Assembly: GCA_963667175.2 (NCBI GenBank)
Contig: CAXXXF010000011.1
Coordinates: forward strand, 32,001 to 96,000
DNA length: 64,000 bases
Origin: Candidatus Latescibacterota bacterium
GTDB lineage: Bacteria; Latescibacterota; UBA2968; GCA-2709665
Direction of reading: 5' to 3'
The position numbers and the translations under genes are program-made. The number at the start of each line of letters is the position of its first letter. The first letter of the stretch is position 1. Below are positions 27,294 through 37,703 of the stretch, piece by piece. The notes below the pieces were generated by a model that did not search any database, was not told the origin of the DNA, and was given only the letters and a program-made list of their open reading frames with translations.

Positions 27294-28470
27294 AATCGGC
27301 TTCCGTTTCGCAGAAGAGAGAATCCCTGGACGGCTGTGTCCCCGTGTCCGACAGCATGCGCGCCTTGGTCCTGCACTCCTCGTACTCGCCCCCGGCACTG
27401 GAATCGTGGGTCACGCCGCTTCCCACGCCGAATTCCGCGAGGCCATTCTCCCGATCGACGGTCACAGTCCGTATGGCGACGTTGAACTGCGCCTCGGGGC
27501 CCGGAGATATATATCCGATACTGCCTGTATAGGCTCCGCGAGGGGAGTCCTCCAATTCCGAGATAATCTCCATGGTCCGCACCTTCGGCGCGCCTGTGAC
27601 GGACCCGCAGGGAAAGGCCGCCCACAGGAGATCCGGGACGCCCATGCCGGAACGGAGACGGGATTGCACGGTAGACGTCATCTGCAGGACCGTTTCATAT
27701 CGCTCCACCTCCCACAACGTCGGTGTCCGGACACTGCCGGTTTCAGATACCCGCCCCAGATCATTGCGCAGCATGTCCACAATCATCACGTTCTCCGCGC
27801 GATCTTTCGGCGACCACTTCAAGTCGTCGAACAAGAGCCGGTCCTCTTCCGGCCACCGGCCGCGACGCCGTGTCCCCTTCATTGGACGAGCCGTGAGTTC
27901 ACCTGATTTCAAGCGGAAGAACAGCTCGGGAGACGCGGACAGAACCTGAAACCGCCCGGAGTCCACGTAAGCCGAATACGCCGTCGGCTGCGACCGGCAC
28001 AGGTCTGTATAGAAGGCGGCGGCGTCCCCTTCAAAATCAGCCCGCATCCGATAGGTGAAATTGACCTGGTACGTATCGCCCGCGGCGATGTAAGCGCGAA
28101 TCCCGGCCACCACGTCTTCGTACTCATCCCTGCCGATGGACGAGCGCCACGCCGAATGCGAATATGCGCGATGGGAGCAAAAACGGCCAACCGTGGCCGG
28201 CGTCCGCTGCTCAAACAACCCGAACCAGACCAGGGGCAATGCGCCGGGCGGACGGGTCTTCAGCGCGGGATCCAATCCGGAGGCTGCTTCGTACGCGATG
28301 AATCCCGCGGCGTGCAGACCGCGGGATACGGCGCGTTCCACTTCCGTCAGCGCCGCGTGCACGTCCGCCGGACAGCGGGCGACGACCTGATCGACGCATC
28401 CGGAAAACGTGTATGAAGCGCCATCCTGATCGGAACGATTGCATTCAAGCACTACAACAGGTTCATTCAT
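27280..28470 (-). CDS. pabB: Aminodeoxychorismate synthase component I
   Basis: GDTYQVN, SASPELF, PMKGT, AENVMIVDMLRND, GSVTGAPK. Confidence 0.9.
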   Translation of the reverse strand: MNEPVVVLECNRSDQDGASYTFSGCVDQVVARCPADVHAALTEVERAVSRGLHAAGFIAYEAASGLDPALKTRPPGALPLVWFGLFEQRTPATVGRFCSHRAYSHSAWRSSIGRDEYEDVVAGIRAYIAAGDTYQVNFTYRMRADFEGDAAAFYTDLCRSQPTAYSAYVDSGRFQVLSASPELFFRLKSGELTARPMKGTRRRGRWPEEDRLLFDDLKWSPKDRAENVMIVDMLRNDLGRVSETGSVRTPTLWEVERYETVLQMTSTVQSRLRSGMGVPDLLWAAFPCGSVTGAPKVRTMEIISELEDSPRGAYTGSIGYISPGPEAQFNVAIRTVTVDRENGLAEFGVGSGVTHDSSAGGEYEECRTKARMLSDTGTQPSRDSLFCETEADYERA

Positions 28471-28674
28471 ATGACCCGGAGTCCTGTCCCAAAACTACCT
28501 CACCATTCGGCCGCCGGATTCAGGCAGCTTGTCTCCGGGACAGAACCAGCCGATCCGGCGCAAATGACGCGGCGTCGATCCCCGGATATCGACCGTCGTC
28601 GCCGATCATATTCCTGGAACCCCGGACGCCACCTCGCGCGAGGTCGCTGCAGTCCCTGATCCGGTGGCGAAGGT

Positions 28675-29478
28675 TCAGTTCTTCGCCCAGTTTCCGTACA
28701 CGTCCACTTCCACTCCCTCCACCCTCGGCCGAACGCCCTTTACGATAAAGCCGGGACGCCCCATGCCCTGCCCGCCTTCCTGCCGGTTGCGGGGGTCCCT
28801 GAATCCCAGCCGCACGAGGCGGCGCCAGTTGCCGCTGTGATTGACTGCCGACCCGTGAATGGTCCACAGGTAAAACAGGACCACGTCGCCGGCTTTTGCC
28901 GGGACCGATACGGCGTCCTGGAGCCGATACTGGTCCGTGGGAAGATGCGGGGCGGTGCCGGCGCCCGTAATATGCTGCAGCTTGCCGAGCCGGTGGGACC
29001 CCTTGAGGAACTTGATGCATCCGCTGGTTTCGTCGGCGTCGTCCAGGTGCACCAGGCAATCCGCGTACCGGCCGTCTTCGTGTGGAAAGAACGGCAAGTC
29101 CTGGTGCATCGGAAACGGCGCCCCCTTGTCCGGCGGCTTCGCGTGCAGCGTGACATGGTGCAATTCAACGGCATCCGATCCCAGGAGATCGCCGACCGAG
29201 GCGCCCAATTCCCGCTTCGTGATGGCACGGGACCAGGCCGCGGAATAATGCTGCAACTCGTGGATGGCCACCAGCGTTGCCACCGCGTCCTCCTCTTCGT
29301 CCATATACTCTTTCCGCCAGGGCCCTTTCCAGGCGGAGTCCCAGTTTGCGAACACCTCCATGACGTATTCCAGTTCATCGCCCATCTCGCGGACTTCCTG
29401 CGGGGAGAACATGCCTTCGAGACGGATGTATCCGTTTTCACGAAAAAAAGCGACCTGCGCTTCGCTCAGCGATTCCAT
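28675..29478 (-). CDS. Phytanoyl-CoA dioxygenase (PhyH) family
   Basis: KPP..HQD, LKGSH, TIHGSAVN. Confidence 0.9.
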   Translation of the reverse strand: MESLSEAQVAFFRENGYIRLEGMFSPQEVREMGDELEYVMEVFANWDSAWKGPWRKEYMDEEEDAVATLVAIHELQHYSAAWSRAITKRELGASVGDLLGSDAVELHHVTLHAKPPDKGAPFPMHQDLPFFPHEDGRYADCLVHLDDADETSGCIKFLKGSHRLGKLQHITGAGTAPHLPTDQYRLQDAVSVPAKAGDVVLFYLWTIHGSAVNHSGNWRRLVRLGFRDPRNRQEGGQGMGRPGFIVKGVRPRVEGVEVDVYGNWAKN

Positions 29479-29514
29479 AACAGGAAGTCTCCCTTACGTT
29501 GTCGCGCGTCTCGT

Positions 29515-29895
29515 CTACCGGCCGCCGATGACGATGAGGAACGCGCTTTCTTCTAAGGCCTTTACAGCGTGGCGGAGGTTTGCCGTGAAGGAAGCTGCAG
29601 AACCCGATTCCAACGTCGCCTCCTCGGCTACGGACGATATCCGGATTCGTCCACTCAGAAGAACCACCGTGGCGGGGCCCGGGGCCCTGTGTTCGCGCAG
29701 TACCGCGCCCTCCTTCATAACGGTAAGGACCACGGTCATCTCATCCCCTCGAACCAGGGAAAGCGCGTTCCGACCGGATTCAGCGAAGGCGTCTTCCACC
29801 ATAAGCTGTTCGGCCATGGCGTGTAACGGAAAAGACTCGATCCACGTCTCGTTAACTCTCAAAGGTCGGTAGGGTCGCTCAAAAGCTCTAACCAT
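29515..29895 (-). CDS. Cupin-domain protein
   Basis: LREHRAPG..LSG..HAVKALEES. Confidence 0.75.
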   Translation of the reverse strand: MVRAFERPYRPLRVNETWIESFPLHAMAEQLMVEDAFAESGRNALSLVRGDEMTVVLTVMKEGAVLREHRAPGPATVVLLSGRIRISSVAEEATLESGSAASFTANLRHAVKALEESAFLIVIGGR

Positions 29896-29971
29896 TCCGT
29901 GAACTCCTCATTGAGGCCACAGGGTTCAGGATCGGACTCTCATGAGTCCTCATCCCGGTATGAATGGCGGA

Positions 29972-31471
29972 TCAGGACCCGGGTACCGGATTCTCGTGAA
30001 ACCAGGCTTTCAGGATCGGATACAGTTCGCGGTACCGGTGAAACTGATTCTCGTAATCGGCCGCGCGCTTCGCACTGCTCCGAACGGATTCGCCCAACTT
30101 TACAGAGCGTTCGCAGGCCGTTTCAAAACCCGGAAACACACCCACGCCCACGCCGGCGATCACCGCCGCGCCGAGCGCCGACGCCTCCCGCACCTCCAGC
30201 ACCCGCGCGTCCCGTCCGAACACGTCGGCCTGGATCTGGCGCCACAGCGCGGACCTCGCGCCGCCCTCGCCGATTCGCAGGTCCTCGATGGGCAGCCCGA
30301 TGTCCTCGAAACACGCCAGAGAGCGCTTCAGGTCGAATGCAACGCCCTCCATCAGCGAGCGCGCCAGGTGCGCCTTCGTGTGACGAAGCGTCAGCCCGAT
30401 CCATCCGCCCCGTGCCCGCGCGTCGGGATGGGGTGTTGCCGACCCCTCCAGCCAGGGAAGAAAGAAGAGCCCTTCGCACCCCGCGGGGGCGTCCTCCGCC
30501 TGGCGCGTCAGCGCGGTGACTTCATCGCCCAACTGTTCGCTCAACCAGGCCAGACTCGCGCCACACGTGTACGAACACCCCAGCCAGAAGAAGGCGCCGG
30601 GGACCGAATGACACATCGGCCAGAGCCTGTTGAAGGCGGCGGGGTCCAATTTCTCCGCGAACGCGAGCGCGTGCCCCGCCGTACCGATGCCCACGTTGAC
30701 GACCCCGGGCCGGATGACCCCGCTGCCCACGGCGAGGCACGAAACGTCGCCGCCGCCCGCACAAACGGGCGTTTTTGCGGCAAGTCCCATTTCCCGTGAG
30801 GCCCGGCCGGTCAGCGCGCCGATCACCTCGGTAGACTCCGATACGTCGGGAAACAGGCTGCGGCGCACTTCCAGTGCGTCCAGAATCTCGCCGCTCCAAT
30901 CCCTCGCCCGAAGGTCCGCGGCCGCGGTGACGGACGCGTCCGACACGTCTGAGCCGAACGTTCCAGTCATCCGGAACCGCACCCAGTCCTTCGGAATCAG
31001 CACGTACCGCGCGTCCCGGTAGACGTCCGGCTCGCGAGCCCGCACCCATAACACCTTGGCCAGCGTGTTGATCGGACTCATCACGTGCAGGGCCCGGGAC
31101 CGCAGCAGACCGCCCGCGCGCGCGTTCGCCGCATCGCACTCGGCCTGCGACCGCCTGTCGAGCCACAGGATGGGCGCTCTGAGTGGATTGCCGGCGCCAT
31201 CCACAAACACGGCGCCGTTCATATGCCCGGACAGTGATACGCACCGGACATCGTTCACGGACCGCCCCTGCCTCCGGAGTTCGACCGCCACCGCGCGGGT
31301 TGTTCTGCAGATCGCCTCCCACCAGTCATCCGCGTTCTGTTCCACCCAGCCGGGCTGCGGCGTCTGCATGGCATAGCTTGCGCCGGCTGAGCCAATTACG
31401 GCGCCGCTTTCATCCAGAACAACCGTCTTGGCGCTGGACGTCCCCAGGTCAATTCCGATTACCAGTGGCAT
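29972..31471 (-). CDS. xylB: FGGY carbohydrate kinase, xylulokinase-like
   Basis: GIDLGTSS, SGHMNG, SDASVT, GGGD, FLPWLEG, GGARS. Confidence 0.85.
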   Translation of the reverse strand: MPLVIGIDLGTSSAKTVVLDESGAVIGSAGASYAMQTPQPGWVEQNADDWWEAICRTTRAVAVELRRQGRSVNDVRCVSLSGHMNGAVFVDGAGNPLRAPILWLDRRSQAECDAANARAGGLLRSRALHVMSPINTLAKVLWVRAREPDVYRDARYVLIPKDWVRFRMTGTFGSDVSDASVTAAADLRARDWSGEILDALEVRRSLFPDVSESTEVIGALTGRASREMGLAAKTPVCAGGGDVSCLAVGSGVIRPGVVNVGIGTAGHALAFAEKLDPAAFNRLWPMCHSVPGAFFWLGCSYTCGASLAWLSEQLGDEVTALTRQAEDAPAGCEGLFFLPWLEGSATPHPDARARGGWIGLTLRHTKAHLARSLMEGVAFDLKRSLACFEDIGLPIEDLRIGEGGARSALWRQIQADVFGRDARVLEVREASALGAAVIAGVGVGVFPGFETACERSVKLGESVRSSAKRAADYENQFHRYRELYPILKAWFHENPVPGS

Positions 31472-31509
31472 AGATCAGACCGTGCAATGCGTGCGACGTG
31501 CCTGCCGCG

Positions 31510-32436
31510 TTACGCGCCCGCCAGGAAACGCCGCGGGTTGTCTACCAGCAGATCCCTGATGGCGCCGTCGGACACGCCTTGGTCCCTTAGCCGGGGCACG
31601 AAACGGGTCAGCACATAGTCCAGACCCGGACCGCCTCCGTAGCTTCGCCAGTAACTGGGCCGGCCCAGGTCGTTGCCCAGCAGAATACGACCGCCCAACC
31701 CGGCATCGATCATCCGCTTGAGAACGGAAATGCGCATTTCATCGGGGCCGTACTTCACTTTACCGGGGCAGTCGTAACCCAGATAGGCGCCGGTCTCCGC
31801 AATGCGCCGGTGCTCCCAGAAATCCGGATTCCTGTCCATATGACTCAGGCATACCCGGGCCGGAGGCACACCCAGCGCGTCCAGGAGCGCCACCTGATCG
31901 TACCCCATCGTTCCCGCCTCCGTGTGCGTCATCACCGGCACGCCGGTTTCCGCGTGCGCCTTCGCCGCGATGCGCATCAGCTTCCGGTCGGCCTCCTGAA
32001 ACCTATTGTATCCGCTGCCTCCCTTGACAATGCCGGCCTTTACGCCGGTGCCGTCGATCCCTATCTCGATGTCCCGGATGCAGCTTCGGATCATTGAATC
32101 TTCGTCCTGGTTCAGGATCGCTCGGTCGCAGAAATACGGTTTGTTGTATCCCGTGATCACAACGACGTGCACGTCCGGCACCAGGTCCGCAATCCGGACG
32201 ACCTGCCGCACGTTGCGGCCGAAGTCAATCGCCGACATCTCGATCAGCGTCCTGCCGCCCGCGAGCGCCCAGGAACGAAGCTCGCCGGCCGACCGCTCCA
32301 CGTCGTTCAGCCGGAAATCTCCATCTTCCCTGAGCAGCCAGTCCGGGGCGTCGAAATAGAGGTGTTCGTGGTAATCCACAACGCCCAGTTGTTGCCCGTC
32401 GATCTCCCCCCGGACCGTCATCACCGTGCCCATCAC
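31510..32436 (-). CDS. Phosphotriesterase-like lactonase (amidohydrolase superfamily)
   Basis: YHEHL, AGIVK, THT, SHMDR, GND. Confidence 0.9.
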   Translation of the reverse strand: MMGTVMTVRGEIDGQQLGVVDYHEHLYFDAPDWLLREDGDFRLNDVERSAGELRSWALAGGRTLIEMSAIDFGRNVRQVVRIADLVPDVHVVVITGYNKPYFCDRAILNQDEDSMIRSCIRDIEIGIDGTGVKAGIVKGGSGYNRFQEADRKLMRIAAKAHAETGVPVMTHTEAGTMGYDQVALLDALGVPPARVCLSHMDRNPDFWEHRRIAETGAYLGYDCPGKVKYGPDEMRISVLKRMIDAGLGGRILLGNDLGRPSYWRSYGGGPGLDYVLTRFVPRLRDQGVSDGAIRDLLVDNPRRFLAGA

Positions 32437-32442
32437 GCCCCC

Positions 32443-33192
32443 CTACTCATGTTCCAGCCCGGAAAGGAATTCCGTCCACGCCCTCACGATGCGCGCCACA
32501 CACCCGCGAAACCACCGTTCGCCCTTCTCCGCGGAAGCGACCGTGGCGTCGCCGAACACCCCCGATCGGGACAGACTGCCCAGGGGCAGCGTGGACATCT
32601 CGTACGCCGCCGACAGGGTCGGATACTCCCGCACGGCCAGGTCCATCCTGACGGATTCGGGTTTCAGGTAGAGCATCAGGGAGGTTTCAAACTCCTCCGC
32701 GTGAAAATTCATTGGCATCCACTGGGGCGACTCCGCGTCCGCCATCACTTCATCCAGGCCCGGATAGAAAACGTTCAGTACCTTCAACTCCAGTTCGTCG
32801 ACCAGTTCCCGGGCGGTCATTTTCAGCGGTCCGGGATTCGCGCCGTGCCCCGAAAGCGTCATCAGCGCACGGCAGCCGCTGCGGTGCATGCTGCGCGACA
32901 GGTCCTTCACCACCTCCCTGAAGGTATCGAAGGAGAACGTCAGCGTCCCCGGATAGTCGCGCCAGCTCCAGGAGTACCCCACGTGCACCGCCGGCAGCAC
33001 GAGACCCGAACTCTTATTCGCGACGTCCAGGGCCAGCGCCTCCGCAAGCACCGTGTCCGTATTCTGGGGCAGGTGGGGACCATGCTGCTCCGTTGCCCCA
33101 AGAGGCAGAATCGCGAACGGCGTGTCCCTCAGGAAGTCCCTGCATTCCGGCCAGGTCGCCGTTGCAGCGTCCAGCCAATTCGACTCGCTCAC
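32443..33192 (-). CDS. Creatininase-family amidohydrolase
   Basis: GATEQHGPHLP..D, SGHGAN, HAEEFETS. Confidence 0.9.
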   Translation of the reverse strand: MSESNWLDAATATWPECRDFLRDTPFAILPLGATEQHGPHLPQNTDTVLAEALALDVANKSSGLVLPAVHVGYSWSWRDYPGTLTFSFDTFREVVKDLSRSMHRSGCRALMTLSGHGANPGPLKMTARELVDELELKVLNVFYPGLDEVMADAESPQWMPMNFHAEEFETSLMLYLKPESVRMDLAVREYPTLSAAYEMSTLPLGSLSRSGVFGDATVASAEKGERWFRGCVARIVRAWTEFLSGLEHE

Positions 33193-33231
33193 GTCCTAAC
33201 TCCAGGAAGGGGCCGGGGCCACGTTACATGT

Positions 33232-33258
33232 GTAGGGGCAACCCTTGTGGTTGCCCGC
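33232..33258. repeat. GTAG-type REP palindrome
   Basis: GTAGGGGCAACC-CTTGT-GGTTGCCC, intergenic. Confidence 0.7.
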
Positions 33259-33286
33259 CTCACCTCCGCCCGTCTCACCAGGTTTG

Positions 33287-34066
33287 TTAAGGTTTATATA
33301 GACTTTCCGTCGGAACATCCGTGATCAGCGCGTGGCCGGGCGTGTAGGAGAGCGCGAGCGGAAGCCGGGCTTGCTGTGCCGCCAGGCTGGGCGTTACGCC
33401 GCAGGCCCAGTAGAGACGATCCGTGCCGTCGGGGACCTGTATTGCGTTCCCTGAAATCGTCGCGTCGAGTTCCTTGATGCCCAGTTCCCGGCCGCTATTC
33501 CTGCCCAGCGGCGCCCCGTGGCATTCCGGGAAGTGGCTGGTGTACTCCCACACGTCGTCGCAACGTTCCGGGAGAAAGCTGCGCATGGTCACCGCCATCT
33601 TGTTCCGGAACCTGCCCACCGGTTCGCAATCCAGGTCCGTCAGCTGAATACACGGTCCGAACGCGGGCCTGTATCCCTTTTCCACCAGGAGCCCGTCGAA
33701 AGACACGCTGGAACCGATCAGGAACGTGACCATGCGCCCGGAAAAGAGGTCGACCACGTCACGCCGCCGCTCGACCACCTCGCCCTCCCGGATCACGTCG
33801 TAGGAGCCCAGGTCCGTGCGGACGTCGAGTCCGCTCGCGAATTCAGGACAATCGGTCTGGCCCGCGGGCATCACGGCCAGCAGCGGACACGGCTTCGGGT
33901 TCGCCCTGCAGAATCCCTCGAACTCCTTAGCGTAGTCCCGGTCCATCATGACCACGTTCACGCAGAGGTACCCCGAAAGCGCGCGCGAAGCCACGGTCTT
34001 CAGGGCATTCCGGCGGCACGCCAGCCGCACCTCCAGGGGAGACCGAAACGTCACGGGTTCCGACAC
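33287..34066 (-). CDS. DUF1445 / D-glutamate cyclase-like protein
   Basis: FCRANPKPCPLL, DVRTD, HGAP, WACGVTP, PGH; GGGAGG RBS before GTG. Confidence 0.85.
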   Translation of the reverse strand: MSEPVTFRSPLEVRLACRRNALKTVASRALSGYLCVNVVMMDRDYAKEFEGFCRANPKPCPLLAVMPAGQTDCPEFASGLDVRTDLGSYDVIREGEVVERRRDVVDLFSGRMVTFLIGSSVSFDGLLVEKGYRPAFGPCIQLTDLDCEPVGRFRNKMAVTMRSFLPERCDDVWEYTSHFPECHGAPLGRNSGRELGIKELDATISGNAIQVPDGTDRLYWACGVTPSLAAQQARLPLALSYTPGHALITDVPTESLYKP

Positions 34067-34091
34067 CGTTTTCCTCCCTGTCAGCCCACTG

Positions 34092-35375
34092 CTATAGAAG
34101 CTGTTGGTGCTGAAGCACGACCTTCCTGAACGCCGCCGCGAACTGATCAATGAACCCGTCCGCGGCCTGGATATGCCCCGGATAGGACAGCACCCGCCCG
34201 CGGATCGCTTCCGAAACAGGAAAATCTCCCTCGCGATAGCGGGGCAGGGGCACATTTGCCGGCCCATCGTGACCCGCTCCCCAGAGACCGGGCAGGTCCT
34301 TCGTGTAGATGGACCTGAGATGTTCCATGTGCCCCACGCCAGGGCCATTCAGCGGCGCGCCCTCGGCCCGCATGGCTGCCACGAAGCGGGACGCGGGCAA
34401 CCCGCCCAGCGCTTCCGGTTCGTAGATGAACTTGATTCCGCCGTAGAGCTCCACGCCCCGGGCTTTCCTGTAGTTGCAGACCGGCCGGATGCCCGGGAGC
34501 CCCTCGATTCTTCGGAACAGGGCTTCCCGGTTGGCTTCAAACCGGTCCAGGCGGTCGGGAAGATGCTCGAGGGAGACCAGGCCGATCGCCATAGCCAGCG
34601 GATGCGGCCGCCATTTCCAGCCGAGGAGCTGCGGATCCAATTCGCGGTAGACCGGGTTCGTGAGTTCCTGCAACGCGCCCGGCCGGTGGAGGTGGCAGTA
34701 GATCAACGCGCGCTCGTACAACTCGCGGTCGTTCGTCGCCACGATGCCGGCCTCGCCGCCCGCGACCGGCTTGCCCCCGGGCGTCGAGCCCTGCATGCTG
34801 AAGCACGCGATATGCCCCAGATTGCCGATTTTCACGCCATCCCACTCACTGCCGTGCGCGTGAGCCGCATCTTCCACGACCACCAGGTTGTGGGCGTCCG
34901 CCAGGTCCAGCAGCCGGTCCATATCGCACACCCGACCGCAGGAATGGATCGGCGAAATCACGCGGGTCCTCTCCGTGATGCGCCCCGCCACGTCGGCCGG
35001 ATCCATCAGCAGCGTTTCCGGATCGATCTCGCAGAACACGGGCGTGGCGCCCATATGCAGCGCGCCCGCGTAGCTGCCGATGTAACCGACTGACGGTGTG
35101 ATGAATTCATCGCCCGCGCCCAACCCCGCGGCGAAGAATCCGCTGGCCAGCGCGGTATGTCCGTGGCTGGTCGACAGCACGTACCTGCAGCCGACGTACT
35201 CCGCGAATCGTTCTTCGAATTCCTTCGGAACCCCCGATCCCGACCCGGAGAGAACTCCTTCGTCGATCAGGGCGCAAACTGCCGCTTTCTCCGATTCCAC
35301 GGGGCGCCGCCACTGCTCCCCGCCGTCGACCGTAACTGCCTTCTCTCCTCCAAGAATCGCGAGGTCCCGCGCCAT
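34092..35375 (-). CDS. DegT/DnrJ-family PLP aminotransferase
   Basis: VEDAAHAHG, FSMQGSTPGGKPVAGGEAG. Confidence 0.9.
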   Translation of the reverse strand: MARDLAILGGEKAVTVDGGEQWRRPVESEKAAVCALIDEGVLSGSGSGVPKEFEERFAEYVGCRYVLSTSHGHTALASGFFAAGLGAGDEFITPSVGYIGSYAGALHMGATPVFCEIDPETLLMDPADVAGRITERTRVISPIHSCGRVCDMDRLLDLADAHNLVVVEDAAHAHGSEWDGVKIGNLGHIACFSMQGSTPGGKPVAGGEAGIVATNDRELYERALIYCHLHRPGALQELTNPVYRELDPQLLGWKWRPHPLAMAIGLVSLEHLPDRLDRFEANREALFRRIEGLPGIRPVCNYRKARGVELYGGIKFIYEPEALGGLPASRFVAAMRAEGAPLNGPGVGHMEHLRSIYTKDLPGLWGAGHDGPANVPLPRYREGDFPVSEAIRGRVLSYPGHIQAADGFIDQFAAAFRKVVLQHQQLL

Positions 35376-35487
35376 TTCCGGTCTCCTATTCCCTGGATTA
35401 CGAACCCCGCGCCGAAGCTTGCTTCGGGCGGGGCCCGGTGTCCTGTCTCAACGGTCGCGCTTGACGCCAATCCTGCACCGCGACACC

Positions 35488-36336
35488 TCACGGCACGACG
35501 GCCGCCTCACCAATGTTTTCCCGGATCCAGTGCTTGAGGGGTACATCCGCGTCGTTTGGCGACGTATATCCCATTCCTCCTGTTGCCGCGCCCAGCAACT
35601 GGCGCCGGACGGGGTCGCACCGGTCCATGTAATGGTCGACCGTCATATTGTCCCTCGGCCGCAACCAGCGGTAACTATAGCCGTAGAACAGCACTTTCCG
35701 CGTCACGTTCGAATGATTCCTCCCTGCCGCGTGCCATAGGCGGCGATCGAAAAATACCGCCGTGCCCGCCGGCACCCGTACCGGCGTGGCGTCCGGCGGA
35801 TCCGACGCACCGTCTTCCGGAAAGCTCAATCGATTTTTCAAATGACTTCCCGGCACAATGTGGAAATTGCCCCGATCCGGTTCCGTCGTGTCGGTCAGGA
35901 AATAGCCGACCTTGAGCGAAACACGCGGCCTGGGCGTGGCATCCAGTTCGATGTTCAGACGCCCGCTGTCCTGGTGCCAGCCCAGGCGCCATTCTCGTGT
36001 CCGTTCCTCTGCCGGCTCGGGCGGGGTGACGATCAGATGGGAGTGGTAGAGCTGGATATTCCATCCGAGGATACCCCATACCTTGGGGAACGTGACCGGC
36101 CAGTCCAGCAATGCCAGAAACTCATCGTCGCGTCCCACGAAGTCCGTCAGGTTCATGCGGTCCCCAGGACCCAGACCGTTCTCGGCAAGATAGGTCTCGT
36201 ACAACCGGTCGACCACAACGGTCAACGCGGAGACCCGCTCGGGAGGAATTGCATCTTCAATGATCAGGAAGCCGTCGCGTTCGAACTTCGACTTCTCCTC
36301 GCGGGTCAATCCATTTTCAAGACATGCGGCATCCAT
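35488..36336 (-). CDS. PhyH-family dioxygenase
   Basis: WHQD, VPGSH, LWHAAGRN. Confidence 0.9.
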   Translation of the reverse strand: MDAACLENGLTREEKSKFERDGFLIIEDAIPPERVSALTVVVDRLYETYLAENGLGPGDRMNLTDFVGRDDEFLALLDWPVTFPKVWGILGWNIQLYHSHLIVTPPEPAEERTREWRLGWHQDSGRLNIELDATPRPRVSLKVGYFLTDTTEPDRGNFHIVPGSHLKNRLSFPEDGASDPPDATPVRVPAGTAVFFDRRLWHAAGRNHSNVTRKVLFYGYSYRWLRPRDNMTVDHYMDRCDPVRRQLLGAATGGMGYTSPNDADVPLKHWIRENIGEAAVVP

Positions 36337-36407
36337 CGGTTTCCCTCCTGGACGATTCGGATCGCTTCATTGCCGGCTGATCACGTCAATCCTGGGTCCC
36401 GCAACCG

Positions 36408-37703
36408 TCAGAGCGTGGAACCCAACCCCACGGTTTTAGGGTTGTCTATTCGATGCAGCCCGTTCACGGGCTCGAAAATCCCCCCCATGCGCGGCAGCCA
36501 TTCGACGTTGGCGTCCGGCGTGTATTGAGGGGAGTTGATTTCGACGCCGTTGTCCGTCGGCACGTGCGACGCGAACAGCGCCCCGTGAATGGCCGACAGC
36601 CCGGGGTTCGTCAGGTCCTGCAGCGCAAGCCGCATGCCGTTCTCGCGCGCCCACGCGGCAGCCAACAGCGCGAAACTGTGGCCCTTGCAGGTCTTCAGGG
36701 CCAGCCCGCTCCACCCCTGACGCTTCGCCTCCTCGAGCAGACTCAAGCTCGTGAGACCCTCATCCAGAAACACCGGCTTCAGTCGTGTCACCTTCCGCCA
36801 GTCCTGGGGATGCCGCAGGATATCCCGCCCGGTGGGCTGTTCCAGGTACTTCAACGCGCGGAAGGCCCCGGTATCCGCGGCCCCGAGGCGTTCCAGATAA
36901 TCCAGCACGCTCTGCGCGTCCGGATTGGCTTCGTTGCTGTCGACGGTGAGCGCCGGTTCGGCAACGCCGTGCGCGCGGACGGCCCGGTACACGGCGACGG
37001 TCCTGGCCGCGTCCGCGGCATTGTCCCTCCCCAGTATTTTCAGCTTGAAACAGCGGTAGCCGCGCTTGCTGATAACCCGCTTCAGATCCGACTCGATATC
37101 GTCGGAACTCCCCACGACCCACCACGCGGGAAGCCGGGACCGGGGCGTTTGAAACAAACGCTGAATCGCCGCGCACGCGCCGACCAAGGAAAAGTAACCG
37201 TCGACGTCCGGAAACGGCGTGGCGCAGGCGTAGAAACCGAACGAGGACACGCCGGCCGCAATGCCGACCGCATCGTGGATGGCGGCGTCGAAGGGACTAG
37301 CGCACATCGCGCGCGCGAGAATCGGAGGCGATGGTTCGCTCGCAACGGCACCGTGGAGCCGCATCCCGAGAACCAGCGGATGCGCGGGCTCGCCGCCGCA
37401 GCGCGCGTACAGTCCCTCGGCGAGACGCCTGCAGAATCCGCGCAGCGCTTCGTCCCGAAATTCGTGCGTCAACTCTGGGTCCGGCCAGGCCCAGACGTCG
37501 CTGAGATAGATGGCTCCCCTGCCCCGGGCTTCGCGCCCGCCCACGCGAACGGTGACGGCGGCACGGGCTTCCGTGAGTTCCGCAATTGTACCGGAACTCA
37601 GATGGAGCGGGGTCTTCAGCTTCCGGGGAATGAACGCGATCTCGGCGTCCAAAACCTCAGTGTTATAGTCCATACCGGACGGGGCGGCGACGACGTTTTT
37701 CAT
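36408..37703 (-). CDS. Enolase superfamily (mandelate racemase/MLE-like) protein
   Basis: FKLK, VDSNE, LEQP, LDE, LKTCK. Confidence 0.85.
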   Translation of the reverse strand: MKNVVAAPSGMDYNTEVLDAEIAFIPRKLKTPLHLSSGTIAELTEARAAVTVRVGGREARGRGAIYLSDVWAWPDPELTHEFRDEALRGFCRRLAEGLYARCGGEPAHPLVLGMRLHGAVASEPSPPILARAMCASPFDAAIHDAVGIAAGVSSFGFYACATPFPDVDGYFSLVGACAAIQRLFQTPRSRLPAWWVVGSSDDIESDLKRVISKRGYRCFKLKILGRDNAADAARTVAVYRAVRAHGVAEPALTVDSNEANPDAQSVLDYLERLGAADTGAFRALKYLEQPTGRDILRHPQDWRKVTRLKPVFLDEGLTSLSLLEEAKRQGWSGLALKTCKGHSFALLAAAWARENGMRLALQDLTNPGLSAIHGALFASHVPTDNGVEINSPQYTPDANVEWLPRMGGIFEPVNGLHRIDNPKTVGLGSTL

